In this document: positions 39,227 through 53,500 of the stretch, in pieces
Numbering within the stretch: the stretch's first letter is position 1
Layout of the letters: the number at the start of each line of letters is the position of its first letter
Assembly (NCBI GenBank): GCA_009602735.1
Contig: WELA01000374.1
Location: 1-64,000, forward strand
Direction of reading: 5' to 3'
Length of the DNA: 64,000 nt
Source: Mesotaenium endlicherianum
Taxonomy: Eukaryota
Program-made: the position numbers and the translations under genes
Notes under the pieces: generated by a model
The model's input: the letters and a program-made list of their open reading frames with translations, nothing else
What the model was told of the DNA's origin: nothing
The model's database searches: none

Positions 39227-42200
39227 TTAGGGAGGTGCCCCAGCCGCCCGAAGGTGGAACCGTTTCAACGCCCCTTTGGCATTGGTCAGCTGATCTTTAA
39301 ATTCCCAAGTGTCCCCAGAGGCATCGTAACCCTTCCATCGGATGAGGTACTTCATGACATATTTAGACGATCGACGGACCGAGCGAGCGTCTAAAATCTC
39401 ATCGACCTCATATTCCTCAGGATCGCCGTCCCGGACAGCGGGGACCGGTCCCGGTTGGACAGGTAACCGACCTGTGAACAGTGTATCACCTTTGATGTAT
39501 GGTTCCAGGAAGGAGACATTAAAGACCGGGTGACCCTTGTAGTCAGCTGACATGTTCAGTTTGTAAGCATTCTGACCGACACGACGTACCACCGAATATG
39601 GACCGACCCAGACAGGGCCAAGCTTTTTCTTGACCACACCAGGGAGGTACAGGTGCTGAGAATGCAGTTTGACTAAATCCCCCTTGGAAAATGTCAGTTC
39701 CCGACGGTGTTGATTAGCGTATTTTTGTTGGTTTTCCTGGGCCTTGTTCAAGTTTCGTTGGACTTCTGACAGGGTGTCAGCAAACTCCTGAGTTAACTGG
39801 AGGGAGACCGGGTTGTCAATCCCTTCAGGGTGAGTTAAAGATTCCCCTAACACATCTAAAGGAGACTTAGGGACTCTACCCAGGCTGAGTTCAAAAGGAG
39901 TCTTGCCCGTTGACGCGTGCACCGCACTGTTGACCGCAAACTGAATTTGAGGAAACAAGTCATCCCAATTATCTTGTTTTTGGTTAATATATGCTCTTAG
40001 CACCTCCTGCAAAACTCGGTTAGTTCTTTCAGTCTGCCCATCAGTCTGAGGGTGGTTTGCTGTGCTGAGCAGCTGTTTGACTCCCATTAACCCCATTAAA
40101 GCTCTCCAGAACTTAGAGGTGAATTTTGAGTCTCTATCTGAGATGATATTAGAAGGTAGCCCATGTTGGCATACTACATGGTTGTAGAATTGTCTTGCTG
40201 TTTCAAGTGCAGTTACTTTGACAGTTGTGGGGATGAAAATGACCATTTTTGTCAGTTTATCCACGACTACCAGTATCGAATCATGCCCATTAGCAGTTCG
40301 TGGCAGTGTGACCACCCAGTCCATGGATATAGTTTCCCAGCGTCCAGCTGGGATGGGCAGTGGTTGCAAGAGACCTCCGGGTGGTGTGTGCCGAGACTTA
40401 TTTCTCTGACACTGGTCACAGGACTTGACATATTTCAAGACCTCCCGGGGTAACTCCTCCCAATGATAATGTTTTGCCAATTTGCCAACAGTTTTGGCCT
40501 GCCCCAAATGTCCACCCAGGAGACTGTCATGCGCTTGACTCAGTAAGAGAGACCTTATTTCCAAGTTATTAGGAATGACCAGCTTCAGCCTGCCTGAAGT
40601 GGTTTCAGTCACCCAGACCCCTCCCTTGAGCTTATACCCGAGTGCAGTAGCACGACACACACCAGTAGTGGGGCTGGGCTCAAATGTTGGGTCAGAAAGG
40701 TAGGCTTTCCTAAGTTGTTCAAGGAAGGACTTTTTCACCTTTAGTGAAGTGAGTGCACACAGGACTTTATCTACAGCATGCTGACTAAAGTTCCGTTCTT
40801 GCAAGTCAGGTCTTCTAGAGAGTGCATCAGCAGGATTCAACTTCCCTGGTTTGTAGTCGATCTGGACTTGGAACTGCTCCAGCATCTGGCTCCAGCGGTT
40901 CTCCCTCCTCGACAGCTTGGACTTCTTCTGAAAGTGGGTCAGAGCTAGATGATCTGTAATCACCTTAAAGGCTTTACCATGTAAGTATGCTCTCCACTGT
41001 TTGTGTAGTGAAACAGATAGATAAAGTACTTAGTATAACAGAATACTTTATCTATTCAAGACATGGATCTTTGAACACAAGTGGTAGCTTCTTGAAAGAG
41101 AGATGGCTTCTTGAAAGTTAATATATTTCTGGATTTTGGCAAGTACAAGGGTGATTCTGGAATGTCTTTCTATGTTCTAGCTCTTGTTTATATACTTGCT
41201 ACATAAGTAATTTCTAGGAAGGTGTATGTTGATGTGTTGGCACCCAACACATCCCAAAACTTGCCACCTCTTTCTAGAATAATGTACACATGTCCTTTTG
41301 ACCTAAAAATGGCACATCTNNNNNNNNNNNNNNNNNNNNNNNNNNNNNNNNNNNNNNNAGAGTGCATCAGCAGGATTCAACTTCCCTGGTTTGTAGTCGA
41401 TCTGGACTTGGAACTGCTCCAGCATCTGGCTCCAGCGGTTCTCCCTCCTCGACAGCTTGGACTTCTTCTGAAAGTGGGTCAGAGCTAGATGATCTGTAAT
41501 CACCTTAAAAGCTTTACCATGTAAGTATGCTCTCCACTGTTTGAGTACATGAGTGATAGCTAGCAGCTCTTCATCATGCACTGAGTAATTAATCTCCGCT
41601 GGATTAAATTTCATAGACTCGTACAACACAGGATGCCACTCCTGCCGTACCTTACCATCCTTTGTGGTTTTGTCAGCAGGCTGCAACAAAATAGCACCCA
41701 TGGCAAAGTCAGAGGCATGAGTAACCACCTGCACCAGTTTGCTGGGGTCATACACGGCTAGCACTGGGGCAGAACAAAGGGCATCTTTAAGGGTCTGGAA
41801 GGCAGCCTGCTGATCTTCCCCCCAAACATACCCTATGTCCTTCTTAGTAAGGTCAGTCAATTTACTGGCCTTTGTGGAATAACTCTCAATAAATCTCCTA
41901 TAGTAGTTAGCCAACCCGAGGAAGGATCTAACTTCGGAGACAGACTTTGGTGCTGGCCAGTCCCTTATGGTCTGGACCTTTTAGGATCCACACTGATGCC
42001 CTCTTTACTGATAACGTGGCCTAAGAATTCAATACTTTCCTTAAAGAAATCACACTTGCTCATTTTAGCATACAAGTGATTTTTCGGCAGAGTGTCCACG
42101 ACTGTCTATAAGTGTTCAGTGTGCTGAGTTTCATCTTTAGAGAAAATTAAAATATCATCCAGGAAAACTTGCACAAACTTATCCAAATAAGGTCTGAAAA

Positions 42201-43600
42201 TGTCATTCATAGCACCCATGAAGGTAGCAGGAGCATTAGTCAGTCCAAATGGCATCACGTTGAACTCATAGTGTCCATAACGTGTGCGGAAAGCAGTCTT
42301 GTGTTCATCCCCCTCAGCAATTCTGATTTGATGATAACCACTCTTGAGATCTATCTTACTGAACACCTTAGCGCCAGACAGGGTATCAAGCAAGTCCTCG
42401 ATCCTGGGTAAAGCATACTTGTTCTTTACTGTAATTCTGTTCAGGGCTCTGTAATCCACACACATCCGCATACTGCCATCCTTTTTCTTCACTAATAGGA
42501 TGGGTGCGCCGTAAGGTGATTTACTTGGAGAAATATAACCATTTTCTTCAAGCTCTGCGATCTGTGTTTTCAACTCCTCGCTCTCCACATAAGACAAGCC
42601 ATACGTGCGTTGCCAAGGTGGCTGACTCCCAGGTAATAGATCAATCCTATGATCTACTTCCCTCTTAGGGGGTAGTCCTGGAGGCATNNNNNNNNNNNNN
42701 NNNNNTTAAATACATCCGTGAACTAAGCAACAATTTTTGCAGCAGTAGGGTGCTCCGGAGGGCTTACCTTTTTCTCAACCACTTCTTCAAGTTGAGGAGG
42801 TACCTCTCTTAGCAGCAGACAGAACATTCTGTCTTCCTTCTGGTTCCAGCTTTTGACAAACTCCATTGCATTCAGCAACTTGCATCCTTCTGGAAGCCTC
42901 TCCTTTTCCTTCATTTGCCATCCACACAAGACAAGAGGAAGAGCACTGGTGGGTGCCAAGTCAGTCTGCCCATCACTGGCTCCTCTCACTTTAACTGTAC
43001 CTCTGCTCCAACACACTTCAGCTTGATGTCTGTTAAGCCAGGACCTGCCTAGCACGAGATCATAAAAGCCAGTGTTGAGTACCTCAAATGTAAGCGTTTC
43101 AGTTAGAACTGCAATGCCAGAACCTAACTGGACCTCAATTGGCTTGGTTATAACTCCTCCCGGGATACTTGAGGCATCTCCAACGAATATTTTTCTATTC
43201 CCTTGGGTGACAGTAGGCAACCTTAGCCGCTTAACTAAGTCCTTGTGGATAAAAGTATGTGACGCCCCTCCGTCAACAAATGCCCTCACCTTCCTACCTG
43301 CAATCATGCAATGCAGTAGGATAGGGGGGACTGTCTTTTCCTGACTTTCGCATTGTTCTCCTGACGTAGCAAAGAAATGTTGGACATCAGGTGGAACAAG
43401 AGCATCCAGAGTGTGCACTCTCTGGACGTCTATATTGCTGATGGTCTCCTTTATCTGGTTGTCAGGCATGCATAGTGAATCCAGTTCAGCAGGACCCATA
43501 ATACCTGCTACGAGGGCAGCTAGTGACGACTCACTATCTCTAGCATCCTCACAGTGAATAGACTGGATTACTGACTGTTGCTGTCTTTTAAAGGCAGGTC
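39227..43600 (-). pseudogene. pol: Family X copy 2 pol (PR-RT-RH-IN-chromodomain), disrupted
   Basis: [37 protein letters not shown]...CDQC, IISDRD, GPY, YEVDEIL...YLIRWKGY...TWE. Confidence 0.93.
41004..41319. mobile_element. Fragment of an unrelated LTR-like insertion in the pol RNase H region, ending in a gap
   Basis: pol sequence ...TCCACTGTTTG switches abruptly to TGTAGTGAAAC..., which is AT-rich and non-coding. The intact version reads ...GTTTGAGTAC. Confidence 0.6.
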
Positions 43601-45046
43601 ATTTCTCTCGACCTTGGGCAGGTGCTTGACTGGACACTGTTCTTGGTAGTGGCCTTTCTGCTGACAATGGTAGCAAGTGGATTTTGCTGAGGCTGGTCTC
43701 GGCTTAGTCCTACCACCACCCCTTCCATAGCCACCTCGAGAGGAACCACCTCCACCTCTTGACTGAACAGCATTATACTCATAATCATATTCATCACCCT
43801 GATTGTCCTCAGCCTGGTCTCCTTCCGTTGCATTGTAGGAACCGTGGGGCTTCTTGACAATCTTAGACACCAAAGCGTTACTCTGGCGCTTGTGATTGAA
43901 CTGCTACTGATCCCAGGCGTCAGCATCCTAGATCAAGTCAGCCAGTTTCTCATACTTTTTCTCAGCAAAATGACCAGAGACCTCGGATTTCAAGCCATAC
44001 CTGAAGTATGCTATCCTATACCGTTCTGGCAAATCAGGCTGCTTCATCATGTTCTCTTGGAACTTTTGAGCAAACTCAGCAACTGAAGTGGTCTGCTTCA
44101 GTGTCAGGGAGATCATCGCATAGATAGCTTTCTCCTGCTGGTTGATGACATCAAACTTCTCATGCAACTTCTCGACAAACTCTACCCACGTAGGGTCACC
44201 GAGTTGCCGAGCCTTACGCTCTTCCTTCCAGTAAAGCCACCAGTCTGCGGCACTGCCTTTCAGTAGCGCACCGGTGTGCCTGACCTTCTCGTAATCTTGC
44301 AGTTCTGGGTAGTTCTCCAGCCACTGCTCAACATCCGCGAGAAACTTGATCAGGTAATATTTTCTGTTTCCCTCAGGATAATATTCCTGGGGAGGTTTCG
44401 GCTTGGGCTTACTAGGCCCTCGGCCACCACCACTAGTGGTGTGAGACCCCAGTTGGTCTCTGTCCCGCAGTTGGGACATTATGATTCTTTTGTCCTCCTG
44501 CTGAGACTGATTCATGGTCGCCAATTGCGACTGCATCTGAACGAACAATGCTCCCAAGTATACACCCTGGGGTGGTAGTCTAGCAAATGCAGCAGCAGCA
44601 TTGGCATCCACTCGCTGAGTAATGTTCTCAACAGTCCCTCTCGCTCCTGCAGCAGCAATTCCTGCCGCATTCTGCCGGTCGCGTATTTGACCTAGGGGTA
44701 CATTGAGTTGTACAGCAGGGGGTGGGTTCAGAACATTGGCCCTTGATGCCATAAGTTCTTCAACAGTGCGCTCGTCAGCTGGCTGTCCTTCCCTCCTTTC
44801 TGTAACTTCAGCGGCCTTTGCTACTTGTTCAGCTTCTAGCCTGGCTCTCTCCTCCTCAGCTTGCTGAGCTGCGACTACGGCAATAGCAGCTGCCTCATCT
44901 GCAGCCTCCGTAGCTGCAGTATCTGCTACTGCTTCCGAATAGGTACGGTTTCCCGCTACATGGCTTTCCGCCTGGTTTTCGACATTCTCGTTAACCTGGT
45001 TCTCCATGTCTCGGGAGTTGCTAGTTTGAGACCTTGTCCTTACCAT
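43568..45046 (-). pseudogene. gag: Family X copy 2 gag with a premature stop at ~43928
   Basis: MVRTRSQ start, LKGSAADWW capsid-like motif, CYHCQQKGHYQEQC knuckle; compare the intact gag at 57278-58756. Confidence 0.92.
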
Positions 45047-47543
45047 ACAAAGAAGACTGTGATAACTGCTCCGATACCACTGAAATGAATCGACTTACCA
45101 AATAGGCGATTAACAATTAATAAAGATCTTTATATCAGCAAGTAATCTTTATGGTATTTCCGTTAACTNTTTTCGTTAGCTGGTTTAACGGCAAAGGACA
45201 ACACGCTAGCAGTGAATAATACTCGCCAGTCAAATAAGAGTAAACTAGCATCAATAATGCAAATCAGTAAACTCATACATAAGCAAGGTTAGAAGACAGT
45301 GCGTATCAATGGCTTCTCGCCTTGGATTCAGATCTCTCTCAATAAGCTGTACAAGAGAGTTGGCCTCGTTTCCGAATGCCGAACTCGAGAGCAATGCCTA
45401 GCGTATGTACATGGAATGAGTTTACTGTTCAACGGTCAGTGCGATGGCACCGCCTACCCGGGAGTTAACCACGTTGGTAGGACCTCGGTTAACCAAATCC
45501 ACCGCCATCTCCCATCATCCCGAATCGCCATCCATCATAGGGATGTCATCTGGCCATTCATCTAGCATACCACACTTAGATGCATATCGAGGCAGTTCGC
45601 TGCTACCGAGTACGGAAGTCAGCTGGCTGTCAAAGAATGTGTCAGCAAGCTGACTTAAGGTGACCTCAGCCTGCCACTTCCGGCCAAGTCATTATACTGA
45701 TATTAAGTATAAAGTCCAGCAGACTGATTGTTAACTAAAGTTCAGCAGGTTGAACTTATTTAACTATATTATTTAAATGAATATTATATCAACCAGTATA
45801 CTGATTCATTACAATTTTGAAGGCAGGCTACCACATTGTTCCTGCCCACCAAGCTTTTCATAGGCTTTTGGCTTTTAGACTGGAAGGAGTCACTTATGCT
45901 TTCTGCTCTCTTCCTTTTGGTTTAGCTACTGCCCTCTTGTGTTTATCAGAGTTCTGAAGAAACTGGTGGGGAAGTGGAGAGGTAAAGGTGTATAGATATT
46001 ATCCTACTTGGATGATTTCCTAAGATGTGTTAGCACACTATATCTGCACCAAGTTCATCTGAATCTGGTGCTTCAGGACATTGCAATTGCAAACTTCATT
46101 GTGAATAGGAAGAAAGCTATTAAAGAACCTACTAGAGTCCTCAAGTTTTTGGGTGTCATTGTAGATTCCAAAAAGCTATGGTTATCTGTTGATCTGCAGA
46201 GGAAGCAAAAACTATTGCAAGCCATAGGGAAATTGCAATGGGCTGCAGATAGAGGCTTCCTGGTTAAGGTCGAAAAGGTTGCCTCAGTGGCTGGACAGAT
46301 TGTCTCAATATATAGCCAGTCTTTGGCATCATGACCAATTTATATACTAAGGCTTTGTTCAGATGCATTTCTCATAAACAAGAATGGTCTGTCAAAGTGC
46401 CTATTCTCCCAAGAGTGGGCCCTGAACTCCAGCCGTGGAGATTGCACTTTGATCAGCATAATGGAGCTTCTATCCAGGCTCTTCTATCTCCAGACATGGT
46501 TATACAGATCACTTCCTTGCCCAATTCATGGGCAGCTTATTTGAAGGACCTCAGACTGACAAGCATCATGAGCTATCAGGCCCCTGTCAGCTCTCAGGAG
46601 TCTATGTTGTGGATCCACTTCCTGAACTCCAGGCAGCACAAGCTGCTTTGAAGACTGCTACTAGTTTGATCAGGGACAATTAGCTGATGATGAGAATTCA
46701 CAGTTACTCCTTATTTGCTGCTTTGACTAAGGGAGTACACTCTGATCCTCTCATTTCTAACCTCATCAGAGAATTCTATGCTCTAACAGTTCCTTTGAGA
46801 ATGTCTTTACATGTGGAGTGGATGCCTCTTTGGTCGGATGCTAGGTTTGACAAGCAGTCAATACTCCTAGAAAGACATAATTTCCAGTTGCATCCACAAG
46901 CTTTTGCTAGCTTAGAAGAGAAGTGGGGTCCCCACTCTATAGATTGATTTGCCCATTCAAAGATTACCAAGTACAAGATATTCCATTCCATATGGATCTA
47001 CCAGGATTCTAAGACTATTAATGCTCTGACATTAAACTGGAGAGGAGAGAACAACTATTGTTTCCCTCCTTTTCAGCTCAATCTTCCTGCAGTCTTACAT
47101 ATTATCAGGTGTCAAGCTACTTGTACCCTGGCAGTTCCTGAGTGGCATGCTCCTAGCTGGTGGCCCAGATTGCACTCTGATGCAAAAAGATGGGCACCTT
47201 CAATTGTGGATTGGTTTTATATGGGCTATAGTAGAAATTGTTGTTGCCAGGCACCCATAACGAGGCTTTTGCTGGCAGAGAAATTCCAGTGTACAGTATG
47301 TTAACTCGGAGAGTGGAAGGCATGTGTGCTGACAGAACTCTAGGTTGCTGTCCATCCTAAACTAAGCAAGCTGCAAGAGATTAGCATGACTATGGCTCTT
47401 CAGATGATGGTCCCCAGTACCTTGAAGACTTATAATACATTGGAAGAAGTTCCAAACACCGTGTGAGGCCATGATGGTACAAGATCTCCCAGCTTCTGTA
47501 AATTTAATTAGACTTTACTTTCTTAGCTTGCTGAATGAGGAAG

Positions 47544-50500
47544 TGTAATGAATCAGTATATTGGTTGATATAATATTCATTTAAATATAACAGTTAAATA
47601 AGTTCAGCCTGCTGAACTTTAGTTAAAAATCAGTCTGCTGGACTTCATACTTAATATAAATTTAATGACTCAGCCGAAAGCAGCAGGCTGAAGTCAACTT
47701 AAGTCAGCTTGCTGACACATTCTTTGACAGCCAGCTGACTTCCGTACTCGGTAGCAGCGAACTGCCTCGATATGCATCTAAGTGTGGTATGCTAGATGAA
47801 TGGCCAGATGACATCCCTATGATGGATGGCGATTCGGGATGATGGGAGACGGCGGTGGATTTGGTTAACCGAGGTCCTACCAACGTGGTTAACTTCCGGG
47901 TAGGCGGTGCCATCGCACTGGCCGTTGAACAGTAAACTCATTCCATGTACATATGCTAGGATTGCTCTTGAGTTCGGCATTTGGAAACGAGGCCACTCTC
48001 TTGTGCAACTTACTGAGAGAGATCCAAATCCAAGGCGAGAAGCCATTGATACGCACTGTCTTCTAACCTTGCTGATGTATGAGTTTACTAAGTGCATTAT
48101 TGATGCTAGTTTATTTACGAGTGTTGTTCACTGCTAGTGTGTTGTCCTTTTGCCGTTTAATCAGTTAACGAAAAATCCATAAAGATTACTTGCTGATATA
48201 AAGATCTTTATTAATTGTTAATCGCCTATTTGGTAAGTCGATTCATTTCAGTGGTATCGGAGCAGTTATCACAGTCTTCTTTGTATGGTAAGGACAAGGT
48301 CTCAAACTAGCAACTCCCGAGACATGGAGAACCAGGATAACGAGAATGTCAAAAACCAGGCGGAAAGCCATGTAGCGGGAACCCGTACCTGTTCTGAAGC
48401 AGTGGCAGATACTGCAGCTAGAGAGGCTGTACATGAGGCAGCTGCTATTGCCGCAGTCGCAGCACAGCAAGCTGAGGAGGAGAGAGCCAGATTAGAAGCT
48501 GAGCAATTAGCAAAGGCCGCTGAAGATACAGAAAGGAGGGAAGGACAGCCAGCTGATGAGCGCACTGTTGAGGAACTTATGGCATCAAGGGCCAATGTTC
48601 TGAACCCACCTCCTGCTGTACAACTCAATGTACCCCTAGGTCAAATACGTGACCGGCTGAATGCGGCAGGAATTGCTGCTGCAGGAGCGAGAGGGACTGT
48701 TGAGAACATTACTCAGCGAGTAGATGCCAATGCTGCTGCTGCATTTGCTAGACTACCACCCCAGAGTGTAGACTTGGGAGCATTGTTCGTTCAAATGCAG
48801 TCGCAAATGGCGACCATGTATCAGTCCCAACAGGAGGACAAAAGAATCATAATGTCTCTACTGCGGGACAGAGACCAACTGGGGTCTCAAACCACTAGTG
48901 GTGGTGGCCGAGGGCCTAGTAAGCCCAAGCCGAAACCTCCCCAGGAATATGATCCTGAGGGAAACAGAAAATATTTCCTGATCATGTTTCTCGCGGATGT
49001 TGAGCAGTGGCTGGAGAACTACCCAGAACTGCAAGATTACGAGAAGGTCAGGCACACCGGTGCGCTACTGAAAGGCAGTGCCACAGGCTGGTGGCTTTAC
49101 TGGAAAGGAGAGCGTAAGGCTCGGCAACTCGGTGACCCTACGTGGGGAGAGTTTGTCGAGAAGTTGCATGAGAAGTTTGATGTCATCAACCAGCAGGAGA
49201 AAGCTATCTATGCGATGATCTCCCTGACACTGAAGCAGACCACTTCAGTTGCTGAGTTTGCTCAAAAGTTCCAGGAGAACATGATGAAACAGCCAGACTT
49301 GCCAGAACGGTATAGGATAGCATACTTCAGGTATGGCTTGAAATCGGAAGTCTCTTGTCATTTTGCTGAGAAGAAGTAAGAGAAACTGGCTGACTTGATC
49401 CAGGATGCTGATGCCTGGGATCAGCAGCAATTCAATCACAAGCGCCAGAGTAATGCTTTGGAGTCTAAGATTGTCAAAAAGCCCCACGGTTCCTACAATG
49501 CAATCGAAGGAGACCAGGCTGAGGATGATCAGGGTGATGAATATGAGTATGAGTACAATGCCATACAGTATAGAGGTAGAGGTGGTTTCCCTCGAGGCGG
49601 CTATGGAAGAGGTGGTGGTAGGACTAAGCCGAGACCAGCCTCAGCAGAATCGATTTGCTTCCATTGCCAGCAGCCACGTCACTTCAGAGAGCAGTGTCTA
49701 GACAAGCACCTCCCAAAAGTCGAGAGAAAAGACCAGCCTTTAAAAGACACCAACAGTCAGTAATCCAGTCTACTGACTGTGAGGATGCTAGAGATAGTGA
49801 GTCGTCACTAGCTGCCCTCGTAGCAGGTATTATGGGTCCTGCTGAACTGGATTCACTGTGCATGCCTGACAACCAGATAAAGGAGACCATCAGCAATATA
49901 GACGTCCAGAGAGTGCACACTCTGGATGCTCTTGTTCCACCTGATGTCCAACATTTCTTTGCTACGTCAGAACAACAATGCAAAAGTCAGGAAAAGACAG
50001 TCCCCCCTATCATACTGCATTGCATGATTGCAGGTAGGAAGGTGAAGGCATTTGTTGACGGAGGGGCGTCACATACTTTTATCCACAAGGACTGAGTTAA
50101 GCGGCTAAGGCTGCCTACTGTCACCCAAGGGAATAGAAAAATGTTCTTTGGAGATGCCTCAAGTATCCCAGGAGGAGTTATAACCAAGCCAATTGAGGTC
50201 CAGTTAGGTTCTGGCATTGCAGTTCTAACTGAAACGCTTACATTTGAGGTACTCAACACTGGCTTTTATGATCTCGTGCTAGGCAGGTCCTGGCTTAACA
50301 GACATCAAGCTGAAGTGTGTTGGAGCAGAGGTACAGTTAAAGTGAGAGGAGCCAGTGATGGGCAGACTGACTTGGCACCCACCAGTGCTCTTCCTCTTGC
50401 CTTGTGTGGATGGCAAATGAAGGAAAAGAAGAGGCTTCCAAAAGGATGCAAGTTGCTGAATGCAATGGAGTTCGTCAAAAGCTGGAACCAGAAGGAAGAC

Positions 50501-53500
50501 AGAATGTTCTGTCTGCTGCTAAGAGAGGTACCTCCTCAACCTGAAGAAGTGGTAGAGTAAAAGGTAAGCCCTCTGGAGCACCCTACTGCTGCGAAAATTG
50601 TTGCTCAGTACACGGATGTATTTAATATGCCTCCAGGTTTACCCCTTAAGAGGGAAGTAGATCATAGGATTGATCTATTACCTGGGAGTTAGCCACCCTG
50701 GCAACGCACTTATGGCTTGTCTTATGTGGAGAGCGAGGAGTTGAAAACACAAATTGCAGAGCTTAAAGAAAATGGTTATATTTCTCCCAGTAAATCACCT
50801 TACGGCGCACCCATCCTATTTGTGAAGAAAAAGGATGGCAGTATGCGGATGTGTGTGGATTACAGAGCCCTGTACAGAATTACAGTAAAGAACAAGTATG
50901 CTTTACCCAGGATCGAAGACTTGCTTGATACCCTGTCTGGTGCTAAGGTGTCAGTAAGATAGATCTCAAAAGTGGTTATCATCAAATCAGATTTGCTGAG
51001 GGGGATGAACACAAGACTGCCTTCCGCACACGTTATGGACACTATGAGTTCAACGTGATGCCATTTGGACTGACTAATGCTCCTGCTACCTTTATGGGTG
51101 CTATGAATGACATTTTCAGGCCTTATTTGGATAAGTTTGTGCAAGTTTTCCTGGATGATATTTTAATTTTCTCTAAAGATGAAGCTCAGCACGCTGAACA
51201 CTTAAAGACAGTCCTGGACTCTCTAAGAAAAAATCACTTGTATGCTAAAATGAGCAAGTGTGATTTTCTTTTATACCCAACATTTGAGCCCAACTACACT
51301 ACTGGTATGTGTCGTGCTACCGCACTCGGGGATGAGCTCAAGGGAGGGGTCTGGGTGACTGAAACCACTTCAGGCAGGCTGAAGCTGGTCATTCCTAATA
51401 ACTTGGAATTACGGTCCCTTTTATTGAGTCAAGCACATGACAATTTACTGGGTGGGCATTTGGGGCAGGCCAAAACTGTTGGAAAATTGGCAAAACATTA
51501 TCATTGGGAGGGATTGCCCCGAGAGGTCTTGAAATATGTGAAGTCCTGTGATCAGTGTCAAAGAAATAAGTCAAGGCACACACCACCGGGAGGTCTCTTG
51601 CAACCGCTGCCCATTCCAGCGTGACGCTGGGACACTATATCCATGGACTGGGTGGTCACACTGCCACCAACTGCTAATGGGCATGATTTGATACTGGTAG
51701 TCGTGGATAAACTGACAAAAATGGTCATTTTCATCCCCACAGCTGTCAAAGTAACTGCACTGGAAACGGCAAGACAATTCTACAACCATGTAGTATGCCA
51801 ACATGGGCTACCCTCTAATATCATCTCAGACCGAGACTCAAAATTTACCTCTAAGTTTTGGAGAGCTTTAATGGGGTTAATGGGAGTCAAACAGCTGCTC
51901 AGCATAGCAAACCACCCTCAGACTGATGGGCAGACTGAAAGAACTAACCGAGTTTTGCAGGAGGTGCTGAGAGCATATATTAACCAAGAACAAGATAATT
52001 GGGATGACTTGTTGCCTCAAATTCAGTTTGCGGTCAACAGTGCGGTGCACGCGTCAACGGGCAAGACTCCGTTTGAACTCAGCCTGGGTAGAGTCCCTAA
52101 GTCTCCTTTAGATGTACTGGGGGAGTCTTTAACTGACCCTAAAGGGATTGACAATCCGGTCTCCCTCCAATTAACTCAAGAGTTTGCTGACACGCTGTCA
52201 AAAGTCCAACAAAACCTGCACACAGCCCAAGAAAACCAACAAAAATACGCTAATCAACACCGTCGGGAGCTGACATTTTCTAAGGGCGATTTAGTCAAAT
52301 TGCATTCTCAGCACCTGTACCTCCCTGGTGTTGTCAAGAAAAAACTTGGTCTTGTCTGGGTCGGTCCATATTCGGTAGTGCGTCAGGTCGGTCCGAATGC
52401 TTACAAACTGAACATGTCAGCGGACTACAAGGGTCACCCGGTCTTTAATGTCTCCTTCCTGGAACCATACATCAAAGGTGATACACTATTCACAGGTCGG
52501 TTACCTGTCCAACCGGTACCGGTCCTCGCTGTCCGGGACGGCGACCCTGAGGAATATGAGGTCGATGAAATTTTAGACGCTCGCTCGATCCGTCGATCGT
52601 CTAAGTATGTCATGAAGTACCTCATCCTATGGAAGGATTACGATGCCTCTGGGGACACTTGGGAGTTAAAAGACCAGCTGACTAATGCCAAAGGGGCGTT
52701 GAAACGGTTCCACCTTCGGGCGGCTGGGGCACAGCCCTAAGTATCCCTTCAGTAGACATGGGAAGGTGACAGGAGGTCCTGTCTCCATGTAAGTTGGAGG
52801 AGGATGTGACAGTTAGTGACAGTCGTGACAGGCAGCCCACCTTTAAAATTAAGTTGGAGGGAGTGGTATTCTGTTTTGGGATCAGCCGGAAAATCTCTGA
52901 TATCCATTTTACACAGTCGACCTGCGCGCACACTCACTTTCTCGCTAACTCAATTATCCCTTATATTCACTCACACGAGGTATTTTACACTAGCAACTCT
53001 CCCGATCGCGTTCCTCTCATCAAGGGCACTCAGTAGCGGCAAAATATCATGACTTCACTAACTGCATTGTGTTTATGATTGAGCAGGATGAGTCAAAAGT
53101 TGGAACTCAAGAGGAAGAGAAGGGCGGACGAGGCACATGCAGAATACTTACAATCCTGTGGAGACATCGAATCATCCTCGATCTCCACTCGGGAATCACA
53201 ACGACTCCAACAACAACGGGAGGCACATAAGAAGAAGGAGGATGAGGAACAGGCCAGACTGAGGCAGGAAGAACTGGACAGAAAAGCTGCAGAGGAGGCC
53301 AAGAAAGCAGAGGAGGAGAGGCAAGTTCAGGAGAGGCGGAAGCAGCAGGCTAAAGAAAAACAGAGGAGAATCAGCAGCTACCGCTACACTGTCCTAGGCA
53401 AGGGCTTCGATGTACTGGAGAAGGCCTTCAAGTATGCTCAGAGAAGTCGTAGTGAGTCACAGAAGGACATCCTCCAGAGGGAAGAGGAGACATCCGAAAA

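Larger units (their letters stand above)
36423..45813 (-). mobile_element. Family X copy 2, full length: 5' LTR 45813-45081, PBS, gag, pol, ORF3a, PPT, 3' LTR 37144-36423; TSD ATTTT
   Basis: Two LTRs; PBS TGGTATCGGAGC at 45079-45068; identical ATTTT at 36418-36422 and 45814-45818. Stops, frameshifts and gaps in the coding regions. Confidence 0.95.
34590..47543 (+). mobile_element. Degenerate DIRS-type (tyrosine-recombinase) retrotransposon, split by family X copy 2 and cut by copy 3
   Basis: gag-like ORFs with CYACNEHGHLSTRC (35260-35598). RT: ISPLHVV...PRLILDLR, SID-LKAGYH across the insertion, LPFGL, YLDDF, KFLGVIVDS. Then an RH region and a DIRS Dam-like methyltransferase (WGPHSID.F, NALTLNWRGENNYCFPPF, LAVPEW...WWP, ~46920-47170). 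Boundaries approximate; the recombinase itself is not clearly seen. Confidence 0.78.
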
